Translations under genes and position numbers: made by a program
Notes under the pieces: model-generated
Seen by the model: the letters and a program-made list of their open reading frames with translations, nothing else
Database searches by the model: none
What the model was told of the DNA's origin: nothing
DNA from: an uncultured delta proteobacterium
GTDB lineage: Bacteria > Desulfobacterota > Desulfomonilia > UBA1062
Assembly: GCA_963798485.1 (NCBI GenBank)
Contig: CAWCTR010000004.1
Location: 256,001-320,000, forward strand
DNA: 64,000 bases
Reading direction: 5' to 3'
Part shown: in pieces, positions 21,355-29,525 of the stretch
How the letters are laid out: every line of letters begins with the position of its first letter
Numbering within the stretch: position 1 is the stretch's first letter

Positions 21355-22344
21355 TCAAAGGCCGCCCAAGCTGTATTCGTTTGCACTGTTGCGGTAGATG
21401 TACACTTTCTCTGGACTCGAAGTGCCGAGCTGCAGCAAGGCTTTGTCGAAAAGCCGGTCCACAATGTAGTAATGCTTCTGATAGCGGTAGTTCACGAGCT
21501 GAGAGTCGCTCTCCCTGGTAACGATGAACAGAGGTGGCAGCTCTCCCTGCTCGATGTCGGCTGGGAACTGGATGAATACCTTCTTTCCGTCATCAAAGGC
21601 CCTCAAGGGTTTCCAGGATGCACTGCCCTTGATGGAGTAGTTGAAGTTGAGATCCGAGATCTTGAGGTTTGCTATGATGTCCATCTTCGTGTCATTAACG
21701 GCATTGATCCTGTTCGTAATACTAGCAAGTTGGTCCTTGGGGTAATACCAGGACACGCCTGCCTGGTAGGTTTCATTGAAGCTCTGGCACTCAAGGTGAT
21801 AGATATGCTTGTCCGTCGATACGGCGATATTCGTGTGGAGGTTCGAAAGATGAGGCTTCAGGAAGATGTGTACACGCTGGTCCTTTCCTGTCCCGCTTGT
21901 TGTCACGTCCAGTGACCATCTTGCAGTATCACCTGCGGCGGGCGGGCTCGTAAGTGTTTCACCCGGCTGGAGCATAATGTCTGTAACGTGGAACGGAGCG
22001 CTGTAGATCTCATAGAGGGCTCCTTCCATGTAGTCATAGACGGTTACGGCGTTGATGTACCGGTCCTCAGTGGGCTTCTGGGCAGCCTCCTTGTTCGCCT
22101 CATCTATCACTTTGGCTGGGTCCTGATTTTTCTTCCTGGAAGACCCCGTCTCCATTTTCTTGAGCTGAGGACTTGCCACTTTCTTGTAATTCGCCTGGGG
22201 CACGGGATCGGCTACGGGGATATCGAATGTGGACCCCTTCTGAGTAGGCGCTTTCACCTGCCGGGCAGGTACGATCTTTTCGTTTTGGGCACACGCTGAT
22301 ATTACAAAAAGACTTATGAGTACTATGACGATACACTTCTTCAT
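21355..22344 (-). CDS. trbG: TrbG/VirB9
   Basis: Lipoprotein-like signal (ISAC), TDIMLQPGE, AGDTARW, WKPLRAFDDGKKVFI, LVNYR, YIVDRLF. Confidence 0.92.
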   Translation of the reverse strand: MKKCIVIVLISLFVISACAQNEKIVPARQVKAPTQKGSTFDIPVADPVPQANYKKVASPQLKKMETGSSRKKNQDPAKVIDEANKEAAQKPTEDRYINAVTVYDYMEGALYEIYSAPFHVTDIMLQPGETLTSPPAAGDTARWSLDVTTSGTGKDQRVHIFLKPHLSNLHTNIAVSTDKHIYHLECQSFNETYQAGVSWYYPKDQLASITNRINAVNDTKMDIIANLKISDLNFNYSIKGSASWKPLRAFDDGKKVFIQFPADIEQGELPPLFIVTRESDSQLVNYRYQKHYYIVDRLFDKALLQLGTSSPEKVYIYRNSANEYSLGGL

Positions 22345-22362
22345 GAATTCACTCTCCTCCTC

Positions 22363-23052
22363 TTAATTCACCCTGGATATGTTGAAGAAATCGATGAAAA
22401 TCCCGAGCGGATTGGTACGTAGAAGCTTCTCGTCCTTCGGCGTATGAAAGACCAGGTTGAATATGCCTGTATAAGCCTGCCTGGTTAAAGGCGTACCGTT
22501 GTTCTCGAAATCCTGCTCATACCAGTTCACCTGGTAGCTATTCTCGCTCATCTTGACAGCGCTCGACACTTCCACGGACACAGCCTTTTTCCCGAGCTGC
22601 TTGAATGGGTCCCATTCCTTTGCGTACGCATTCAGCGTGTTCGATCCTTTTGGGGTCAGGAAATTGTATGATGAAAGATAATTATGCCTCATGATAATCG
22701 CATCCGTCGGGATGGACCGTATCTGTGTCACGAACTGACCCAGAAAATACTCTGTTGCCGCTTCATTTGGTCTGTATAGCTTGTCAGCTCTGCCTACGAG
22801 GTTGACGGCACCATGCTCGTTAACCTCGACTATATAGGGCACGACAGAGGAATTCAGGGCTAAAAATATAAAGCCAACCAACAAAACGATTATGACAGCG
22901 AGCTCCCCGAATGCGATAAGCCTCCAGTTTGCCGCCTGCACACGGGCCGCACCGATGAAGTCATCGAAATCCTGTTTTGCCCTCTGGTATGGGGTTTCCG
23001 GTTCACCTTCCGGTGTGAACTTCAGCTTTTTAACTATTGCTAGTTTTTCCAT
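22363..23052 (-). CDS. trbF: TrbF/VirB8
   Basis: TPYQRAKQDFDDFIGAARVQAANWR, VPYIVEV, SYQVNW, NPLGIFI; start placed at ATG 23052 after GGAGG. Confidence 0.92.
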   Translation of the reverse strand: MEKLAIVKKLKFTPEGEPETPYQRAKQDFDDFIGAARVQAANWRLIAFGELAVIIVLLVGFIFLALNSSVVPYIVEVNEHGAVNLVGRADKLYRPNEAATEYFLGQFVTQIRSIPTDAIIMRHNYLSSYNFLTPKGSNTLNAYAKEWDPFKQLGKKAVSVEVSSAVKMSENSYQVNWYEQDFENNGTPLTRQAYTGIFNLVFHTPKDEKLLRTNPLGIFIDFFNISRVN

Positions 23053-24040
23053 TGCTGTTTGTACCTCCTGCCCCTGGTTTGACCTCTGGGCCTTTCCCCG
23101 TGCTAGCGCTTCCACCAGTTACTTTGTTGTAGGCTCCTTTCCCCAAACTGACGGCTCCCTTAACCGTCCCGACACTTTTATTTACTACGGTAGCTGCAGC
23201 CCTATCTCCGGCAAAACCAAATGCAGCTGCGCCTGCTATAAAATGTGATCCTGATAGATTGGGTCCGCCTGATATAATTCCAGCTGCGAAATTTGGAGCA
23301 CTCCAGGAAAGGTAAGAAATGACACAAACCATAGAAATACCGCAATACAGCGCATAATTATCATCAGCTACAGGCGTTAGATCCAAACTACCGATGATGT
23401 CGTAGGCGATACTGACGATGAGAGCCAGAACCATTAATTTAACTCCAATGGTAAACGTCCCTCCTATAGCCCGTTCAGCCAGCCAGGCAGTCGGCTTGAA
23501 CACCGCAAACGGAATAAGGATTACAGCGCATACAGTGAAGAGATAGAATTCGATAATTACGATAAACAGATTCCAGGCGATCAAGAAGTATGCAAAGAGC
23601 CCCATCAATCCAGTGATAAACTGTAAAGCTGAATTCACTGGGTGGAGAGCAATAGTGGTGAATCCCCCGATGTTGTCAAAAATGGGTTTTGTGGTTTTAA
23701 ATCCCATGTCGATTATAGCTGATGGATCAAACAAGTTAGCTACCGTTAAGACACTTCCACCTGCTACAAGCCCCGCCTGTGCAAAAGAACTGATCAGGGC
23801 ATGAGATAATGATTTCATTCCAGTGATGATCCAGAGGAATAATCCTATAGCAGTTATTTTCTTGATGGCTGTGACTGTGATATCGCTTTTACCCAAGGCC
23901 CAGAACACACCCAGGACCACAAGCTCTATTGCTACCAGATATCGCATGAGGACGAGTGCATCCGGAAGAATTCTTGCATAGCCAAGGGAAAGCCTACCTG
24001 CTAGCTGGTTTAGCACAGTTGTCAATATGCCTGTATCCAT
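23030..24040 (-). CDS. trbL: TrbL/VirB6
   Basis: Polytopic membrane protein, DPSAIIDMG, IEFYL...LIPFAVFKPTAWLAE, SGGPNL. Confidence 0.9.
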   Translation of the reverse strand: MDTGILTTVLNQLAGRLSLGYARILPDALVLMRYLVAIELVVLGVFWALGKSDITVTAIKKITAIGLFLWIITGMKSLSHALISSFAQAGLVAGGSVLTVANLFDPSAIIDMGFKTTKPIFDNIGGFTTIALHPVNSALQFITGLMGLFAYFLIAWNLFIVIIEFYLFTVCAVILIPFAVFKPTAWLAERAIGGTFTIGVKLMVLALIVSIAYDIIGSLDLTPVADDNYALYCGISMVCVISYLSWSAPNFAAGIISGGPNLSGSHFIAGAAAFGFAGDRAAATVVNKSVGTVKGAVSLGKGAYNKVTGGSASTGKGPEVKPGAGGTNSNGKTSNS

Positions 24041-24080
24041 ACCTATCCCTTAAGATCATTTCTTGTATAATCATCCAACT

Positions 24081-24221
24081 TCATGGAAAATCCTTAGGGG
24101 GAACAGCTGTGGATTTTTTAGTGCCCCAATTCCTCATAGGGTCTTTCTTTGAATTGTCAGAACAACCACTTCCAACAAGTAAGAATAGAATTACTCCAAA
24201 CGCGATAACCTTTCTGATCAT
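24081..24221 (-). CDS. trbK: Small lipoprotein, TrbK-like entry exclusion protein (46 aa, not in ORF track)
   Basis: AAGGAG 7 nt before ATG; MIRKVIAFGVILFLLVGSGCSDNSKKDPMRNWGTKKSTAVPPKDFP; lipobox Cys20; lies between trbJ and trbL; C-terminus 16/18 identical to the TrbJ C-terminus. Confidence 0.88.
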   Translation of the reverse strand: MIRKVIAFGVILFLLVGSGCSDNSKKDPMRNWGTKKSTAVPPKDFP

Positions 24222-24250
24222 CTTGTCTCTCCTTGCATGCTTTTAAAATT

Positions 24251-25000
24251 TCAAGGGAACTCACTTGGGGGTACAGCCGTAGATTTCTTTGTTCCCCAAT
24301 TCCTCATCCGGTATATGTAGTCCTGTTGCCTTTCATAATCCTTTGCCTGATCCTCAGCGAGCCGGGTTGAACCCAGGTGGTTCTGTACAGCCAGGAGCTG
24401 CTGGGTCTTGATCTGCTGTTTGATCTGCATGGCGGCTAACTCGTTGCCATACTGTTGAGCATCGAGATTCCCTGAAGCATGCCTGGAACCCATCAATACC
24501 TGGTCAGTTGCAATGATATCGTCGTTGATTCCCTGTATTTCCTGGGCTTGAACATTCATGGCATTGATATTGGCATTGGCGGTTGCCTCGATCTGGGACA
24601 ACCTCTTTGCTTGTATGTCGCTGGGAGATGCTCCCTGTATCACTGATCCGAACTGCTGGTAGAGGTTCTGATAGTTGCTGTCCAGAGTCTGGATGTTATA
24701 TCCTACGCCTTGTATCCTGCCTAACATGGTATTGATATCCTGAGCTGTCTGCATGGGTGTATTCCCAATATTCACCTGGAGAGCCTTGAGATTCTGATAC
24801 TCATTGTTGATCATGGTGATCTGGTTTTGGAGCTGATTCAAAAGCTTCTCGTTCTGCTCGAATGCCTGGAGGGCATTATAATAGCTCTCCACGAAGTTCC
24901 AGGGGTCATAAACCGTGTCGAAGCTATATGATGCAGCGGTAATGGATACGGTGAGAATCGAAATAATTACAAAGCTCCTTATGAAGTTGCTCTTGCGCAT
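24251..25000 (-). CDS. trbJ: TrbJ/VirB5
   Basis: Signal peptide, VYDPWN, Gln-rich coiled coil (NQLQNQITM), ASGNLDAQQYGNEL; position after trbE. Confidence 0.88.
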   Translation of the reverse strand: MRKSNFIRSFVIISILTVSITAASYSFDTVYDPWNFVESYYNALQAFEQNEKLLNQLQNQITMINNEYQNLKALQVNIGNTPMQTAQDINTMLGRIQGVGYNIQTLDSNYQNLYQQFGSVIQGASPSDIQAKRLSQIEATANANINAMNVQAQEIQGINDDIIATDQVLMGSRHASGNLDAQQYGNELAAMQIKQQIKTQQLLAVQNHLGSTRLAEDQAKDYERQQDYIYRMRNWGTKKSTAVPPSEFP

Positions 25001-27381
25001 TGCAATACCTCCTTTGTCCTTATTTTCAGATCAAGCCATCTGTTCAGAAGATCCTCTTTCCCTTTTTCCAGCAAATCATCCATAAGCCTGTGGTCCTCTT
25101 TGGAGCTTGAAGCACATATCGCGAGCGAAACAGGATCGAGCCCCAGGTCAAACAGCCTGTTCCCGGCATCAGACTGGCAATAATACTGCCTCTTGGGCAT
25201 GGCATTGACGAGGATCTCGATCTGCCGGTGATTCAGTCCGAACCTCTGGTACTGCTCATATGCCTCCGGTTCGAAAGCCTTCCGGTTCGGCAGGAAGATC
25301 CTCGTTGGGCATGACTCATTCAAGGTGCTGAAGATGGGGCTCTTAACCATGTCAGCTACAGACTGCGTGGAAAAGACGACAGCGACATTGGCCTTCCGCA
25401 GTGTCTTGAGCCAGTCACGAATCTTGTTTGAAAATATAGGATGAGACAGGAAGAGCCAGGACTCATCGAGCATGAGCAGCGTCGGATCTCCGGTGAACCT
25501 CTGGTCAAGACGGTGGAACAGGTAGGAGAGCACCGGAGGCACGGCATTTTGCATAGAGACCATGAGATGGTTCATCTCAAAGCATTGAACTCTTCCATAT
25601 TCGAGGGTATCGCTCTCTGCATCCAGGAGTTGACCATATGATCCCTGCAGTGTGTACAGATAAAGAGCTGCCCTGATCTCATTATTTTGAACCAGGGTGA
25701 CAAGACCGGTGATGGTCCTTTGTCTTACAGGGGAAGTAGAAAGATTCGTAAGGGCTTCCCAGAGCTCATTTCTTAAATTAGGTGTTACTACGACATTTTG
25801 CTGAGCCAGGATTTCCGTGACCCACTCCAGCGCCCAGGATCTCTCACTTTCTTTATCGATATTCATCAGAGGCTGAAAGGCCAGGTCAATATTCTCTCCC
25901 AGGTCGTAGTGATCTCCTCCAGTGAGGAGAGTCGTGACCCTGGCGGAACGGTCCTTGTCGAATATATACACTTGAGCGTTTCTGTATCTCAGGAATTGCA
26001 CGGCCATGAATGAGAGTAGAGCCGATTTACCGGCACCTGTGGGACCCACGATCATCGTGTGTCCGACATCCCCTACATGAGTGGAATATCTGAACGGGGT
26101 GTTGCTCAGAGTCTTTGCATAGAAAAGGGGCGGGCCGTTCAAGTGCTTGTTCCTTTCCGGGCCAGCCCAGTCTGAAGAAAGAGGAATGAGGTGTGTGAGA
26201 TTGAGAGAATGGACCAGAGGCCTTCTTATGTTCGCCCAACAGTGACCCGGCAGTGAGCCTAACCATGACTGAATAACATTCAAAGACTCATTCCTGGTAA
26301 CAAAGCCCGCAGAGTTGGTAATCTGCTCAACACTGCTGACTTTATCATGCAAAGCGTCGAGGTCCTTGTCCCACAGGACAATGCAGGAGGTATAGTACCC
26401 GGCTGATACGAGCCCTCCCGCAACCATCTCCGCGACTGCATCGCAATCGTAGGACTTGTTCACCGCGTCGGTATCTTCCTTGCCGTCGTCGATCTCGTTC
26501 ATGAAGGACATCTTCACCAGGCTCCACAGGGAACGTTTCTTGGAAAACCATTGCTTCGAATACTTCTTCAGTTCCCTGATAGCCTCGTTCTTTGACAGGC
26601 AGATGAACCGGGTAGACCACCGGTATTCACATCCCAGCCCGTCCAGGTCCTTCAATATCTGGGGATCGGACTCCAGGGGGAAACCGTCTATCGAGATGAC
26701 CTTGAGAAAGGATTCTCCGAGCTTCGGCTGAAAGCCCCCTATCAGGAGCTCGTCGGGAAGAAGATAATCCAGGAAGACCGGTGTCTTTGGTGTCTTCACC
26801 GGATGATACTTTGTAGAAATACAGGAGTGGAGGTAGGTGAGGGTTGCATCGTCACCTAGATACTCGGCATAGGGGAAGATTGTCTTCAGGATATCGAAGA
26901 TCTTCCTCACCTCATCCTGGAAGTATTCCAGGTGCTTTGTGTAATCGATCTTCTTCTGATCTATGAACTTGTTGAGAATCTTCTGGGACTGTTCAGATGG
27001 CGACATGTAGGTGAAGGTCAGGTAGTACGTGCTCGTGAAGTGGTGCCCGTCATCTAAGAAGATCCGCTTTCTTTCCTCATCGACCAGGCTGCTTGCCTGA
27101 TTTGGGAACTCGGACTCAGGGTAGTAGTTGTACTTCCTCCTCTGTACTTCGATAAAGTAAGCCCATGGAGAAGGGAGCCTCATCAGCGCGTTGTTCACCT
27201 GGGCCGCTACCGCATCGAGCTCCTCCTCTGTCGAGGAGTAGAGATCAGGTCCGTTGAAGATGATTGTTGACTGAAAGGAGCCTGTCTTGTTGAGGACAAC
27301 TCCGGGGGCAATAAGCATGGCCCATGGAAGCCTGTGAGCCAATTTGTTCGGTGATTCCCTGTATTCCTTGAGATGCAGCAC
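24979..27381 (-). CDS. trbE: TrbE/VirB4 ATPase
   Basis: LPWAMLIAPGVVLNKTGSFQ...GPDL, YRWSTRFI, GDVGHTMIVGPTGAGKS, LDESW, WLKTLRK; start placed at GTG 27381 after GGAGG (track: 27417). Confidence 0.95.
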   Translation of the reverse strand: MLHLKEYRESPNKLAHRLPWAMLIAPGVVLNKTGSFQSTIIFNGPDLYSSTEEELDAVAAQVNNALMRLPSPWAYFIEVQRRKYNYYPESEFPNQASSLVDEERKRIFLDDGHHFTSTYYLTFTYMSPSEQSQKILNKFIDQKKIDYTKHLEYFQDEVRKIFDILKTIFPYAEYLGDDATLTYLHSCISTKYHPVKTPKTPVFLDYLLPDELLIGGFQPKLGESFLKVISIDGFPLESDPQILKDLDGLGCEYRWSTRFICLSKNEAIRELKKYSKQWFSKKRSLWSLVKMSFMNEIDDGKEDTDAVNKSYDCDAVAEMVAGGLVSAGYYTSCIVLWDKDLDALHDKVSSVEQITNSAGFVTRNESLNVIQSWLGSLPGHCWANIRRPLVHSLNLTHLIPLSSDWAGPERNKHLNGPPLFYAKTLSNTPFRYSTHVGDVGHTMIVGPTGAGKSALLSFMAVQFLRYRNAQVYIFDKDRSARVTTLLTGGDHYDLGENIDLAFQPLMNIDKESERSWALEWVTEILAQQNVVVTPNLRNELWEALTNLSTSPVRQRTITGLVTLVQNNEIRAALYLYTLQGSYGQLLDAESDTLEYGRVQCFEMNHLMVSMQNAVPPVLSYLFHRLDQRFTGDPTLLMLDESWLFLSHPIFSNKIRDWLKTLRKANVAVVFSTQSVADMVKSPIFSTLNESCPTRIFLPNRKAFEPEAYEQYQRFGLNHRQIEILVNAMPKRQYYCQSDAGNRLFDLGLDPVSLAICASSSKEDHRLMDDLLEKGKEDLLNRWLDLKIRTKEVLQCARATS

Positions 27382-27441
27382 CACTACCTCCCCGCCCAAT
27401 CCATGGGCAGTAAACAAAGCTGTCGCTATAGCTTATGAAAG

Positions 27442-27681
27442 CTATGGCTCTAAGTAATCGTCTTCATTGACATGAGAGACCAAAACTTCAAGGAGGTATG
27501 GATCTGATCTGTATAGCACAACAAGAATAATATAAACGGGTATGAGAACCAGTATCATCCAGGCATTCTGCATGCCCAGCACCAGAGCACCGCCTAGCGT
27601 TCCCCCCAGGATCGCCACTTTCCGGGGTACTCCGGCAATCATGTTCCTTTCAATGAGACCTCGGTGGATTGGGACCTTCAT
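27442..27681 (-). CDS. trbD: TrbD/VirB3
   Basis: VPIHRGL...AGVPR, TM pair, DPY; between pilin and VirB4. Confidence 0.88.
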   Translation of the reverse strand: MKVPIHRGLIERNMIAGVPRKVAILGGTLGGALVLGMQNAWMILVLIPVYIILVVLYRSDPYLLEVLVSHVNEDDYLEP

Positions 27682-27685
27682 GAAT

Positions 27686-27988
27686 TCAGAATCCCAAACC
27701 CCCGCTGAACCCGAAGAATGAAAGCCCCCACCCTGTAGCAGCGCAAGCTACGGAAAGACCAAGCACTGCCTGTAAGGCTCTCTTCAGAATCCCGCCTGTC
27801 TCGCCGAAGGCCAGCATGAAGCCCACGGCAATGATAGCCGCAACGCTTCCGAACTTGAGCCAGGGGCCTGTAATAGAGTTCAGGATTTGATCGAGAGGTC
27901 CTTCCCAAGGCATGCCGCTTCCTGCAGCAAGAAGCATGGATGGGACCAAACAAGAAACAAGTGTAGCTGCCAACAAGCTCCATTTCAT
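27686..27988 (-). CDS. trbC: TrbC/VirB2 pilin
   Basis: AGSGMPWEGPLDQILNSITGP...LAFGE; GAGGAGG ribosome binding site. Confidence 0.92.
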   Translation of the reverse strand: MKWSLLAATLVSCLVPSMLLAAGSGMPWEGPLDQILNSITGPWLKFGSVAAIIAVGFMLAFGETGGILKRALQAVLGLSVACAATGWGLSFFGFSGGLGF

Positions 27989-28020
27989 AAAACCTCCTCA
28001 TTCCCTGTGGAGATATTCAC

Positions 28021-28069
28021 TATTCAAAAAGTAAACTGTTTTAAATTCATTGTCAACCTGTTTTGAATA
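28021..28069 (-). promoter_or_regulatory. sigma70 promoter of the trb operon with flanking repeated operator-like motifs
   Basis: TTGACA (28056-28051)-17 bp-TACTTT (28033-28028); CTGTTTTAAAT 28036-28046 and CTGTTTTGAAT 28058-28068; inverted TATTCAAAA 28021-28029. Confidence 0.6.
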
Positions 28070-28199
28070 TTTATATATGCTATATTATTTATATTATATT
28101 GTTAGTCATCACATATAATGAATAAAAACTTCCCAAGATCGGAAAGAAAATTCTCAGCCCACAGGGTCTCAATGTCAAATTCTGCTGCAGTGTTGATTC

Positions 28200-28580
28200 C
28201 TAAGCATTCAAGCCGAATTCTACTTTGAAAGATGTTGCCTTAACAATTGGGCGAATGGTCTTATTCTCCTTTGCAAGTTCAACAATTCCATATAGGGCCA
28301 TCATTTTCAGAGTGCGGGACAGATTGCTGGTTTTTCTCCCGGTCACATTTCCCAGCTCTTTTAATGAAGCTGGTTTCTTTTCGATAATAATACGTAAGAG
28401 ATCCTGGTTGTCATTACTGAGAACCTGTGCCATTGACTGAAGGGATTCAAACCATATTTTGGGTTCGTCTTTCTTTGGAATATATTTACCTTTTGCAATG
28501 GCGATTGTTCGTTCCCGGTACTCTTTCTTCGGCATTATGCCTATTGTCATGACGTTTGAGATTTTTGCAGCAGTAGCCAT
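28200..28580 (-). CDS. HTH DNA-binding protein (HVO_A0114-like), putative antitoxin
   Basis: IWFESLQSMAQVLS..NQDLLRII, HTH SLKELGNVTGRKTSNLSRTLK.MA.YGIVEL. Confidence 0.8.
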   Translation of the reverse strand: MATAAKISNVMTIGIMPKKEYRERTIAIAKGKYIPKKDEPKIWFESLQSMAQVLSNDNQDLLRIIIEKKPASLKELGNVTGRKTSNLSRTLKMMALYGIVELAKENKTIRPIVKATSFKVEFGLNA

Positions 28581-28599
28581 AATCTTCTTACCTCATTTC

Positions 28600-28944
28600 T
28601 TATTTCAGATACCCATCAACTTCACTCCAGAAGTCTTCTAACAGTTGATCCGCCGATTCAAACTCATAATTTTCGACCTTATTCATTCTATGTATGTGAT
28701 CCCATGTAGTCTTAATCGCAGTAAATCGTTTTCGATTTGGTTTTATAGAATGTGCATTGTCATATCCCAGTACCCTTGTGCTGTTGCTATCATGAAGCGT
28801 TAGTGAGTACCGAATGCCATGGGGAACATGTGTAGTAACCGGTGTTTCCCAAGCTTCAATCTTTACCCAATATCCATTTTCCATGAAGAATTTTTCTCCA
28901 TGCAGCATCAACAGATGTTCTAAGCCGGTAATCGGCTTCACCAT
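28600..28944 (-). CDS. DUF6516-like (TumE-like) putative toxin
   Basis: PHGIRYSLTLHD...RVLGYDNAH...DHIH...YEFESADQLLEDFW; paired with the downstream HTH gene. Family name is from recall, not from a search. Confidence 0.7.
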   Translation of the reverse strand: MVKPITGLEHLLMLHGEKFFMENGYWVKIEAWETPVTTHVPHGIRYSLTLHDSNSTRVLGYDNAHSIKPNRKRFTAIKTTWDHIHRMNKVENYEFESADQLLEDFWSEVDGYLK

Positions 28945-28967
28945 GCCCTATAATCTCCCCATATCAA

Positions 28968-29014
28968 AGTTATCATCAGGTGATAACTATATACTCTCTA
29001 TCGTCATAAATCAA
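28968..29014 (-). promoter_or_regulatory. sigma70 promoter and palindromic operator of the toxin-HTH operon
   Basis: TTGATT (29014-29009)-17 bp-TATAGT (28991-28986); perfect inverted repeat AGTTATCA-N5-TGATAACT 28968-28988 overlaps -10/+1. Confidence 0.7.
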
Positions 29015-29401
29015 GTCATACTATAGACCGAATACTTAAAAATCTTAAACTGTGGGTATTCCACCCTTACGCTCGTATCCTACCCATTCTGCTCTGCATG
29101 TCATGGGGTGGGATATTATTGAAAGGACTGGGAACATAGAGCAGTCAAGAGGCAGCTTGGGTATAGAAATGTTGCTTATTAGTGCAGTACGCGAGTGTAT
29201 CGAATAAAGAGCAGAGGGTAATGGGCTATCAAGTTATTTGATTCTATTCTCAAATCCCCAGTTCGTTTTATGCTCTAGCTTACACTCAAAATCTGAGTTT
29301 ATTTCTAATATTCTCTAGTAATTCTCTAGTAAGTCAATAAACAATCGAATTCTGGAAAACATCTGTTTGCTGGGGAATGAGCTTGGGAGCAGGTTTAAAA
29401 C

Positions 29402-29476
29402 TGGAGGCGGCAACCGGATTTGAACCGGTGAATAACGGTTTTGCAGACCGTCGCCTTACCACTTGGCTATGCCGCC
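29402..29476 (-). tRNA. tRNA-Cys (GCA)
   Basis: GGCGGCATAGCCAAGTGGTAAGGCGACGGTCTGCAAAACCGTTATTCACCGGTTCAAATCCGGTTGCCGCCTCCA; cloverleaf, GCA anticodon, U73, encoded CCA. Confidence 0.97.
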
Positions 29477-29525
29477 GAAGCCCATTTGAGAGCCTAATAG
29501 GTATACCGGGGTGACCTATGAAAAG

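Larger units (their letters stand above)
16306..29401 (-). mobile_element. Conjugative genomic island/ICE segment (minimum extent) inserted at the tRNA-Cys 3' end
   Basis: Trb mating-pair module plus coupling protein and TA-like pair; visibly more AT-rich than flanking core genes; abuts the tRNA CCA end. Left boundary not found. Confidence 0.75.

Noticed and set aside
23956-24246. 96-aa plus-strand ORF in the trbJ-trbL gap
   Set aside because: Antisense shadow of the real minus-strand trbK lipoprotein gene and the trbL start
27678-28001. 107-aa minus-strand ORF overlapping trbC
   Set aside because: Alternative frame of the pilin gene; the 100-aa frame has the TrbC motifs and RBS
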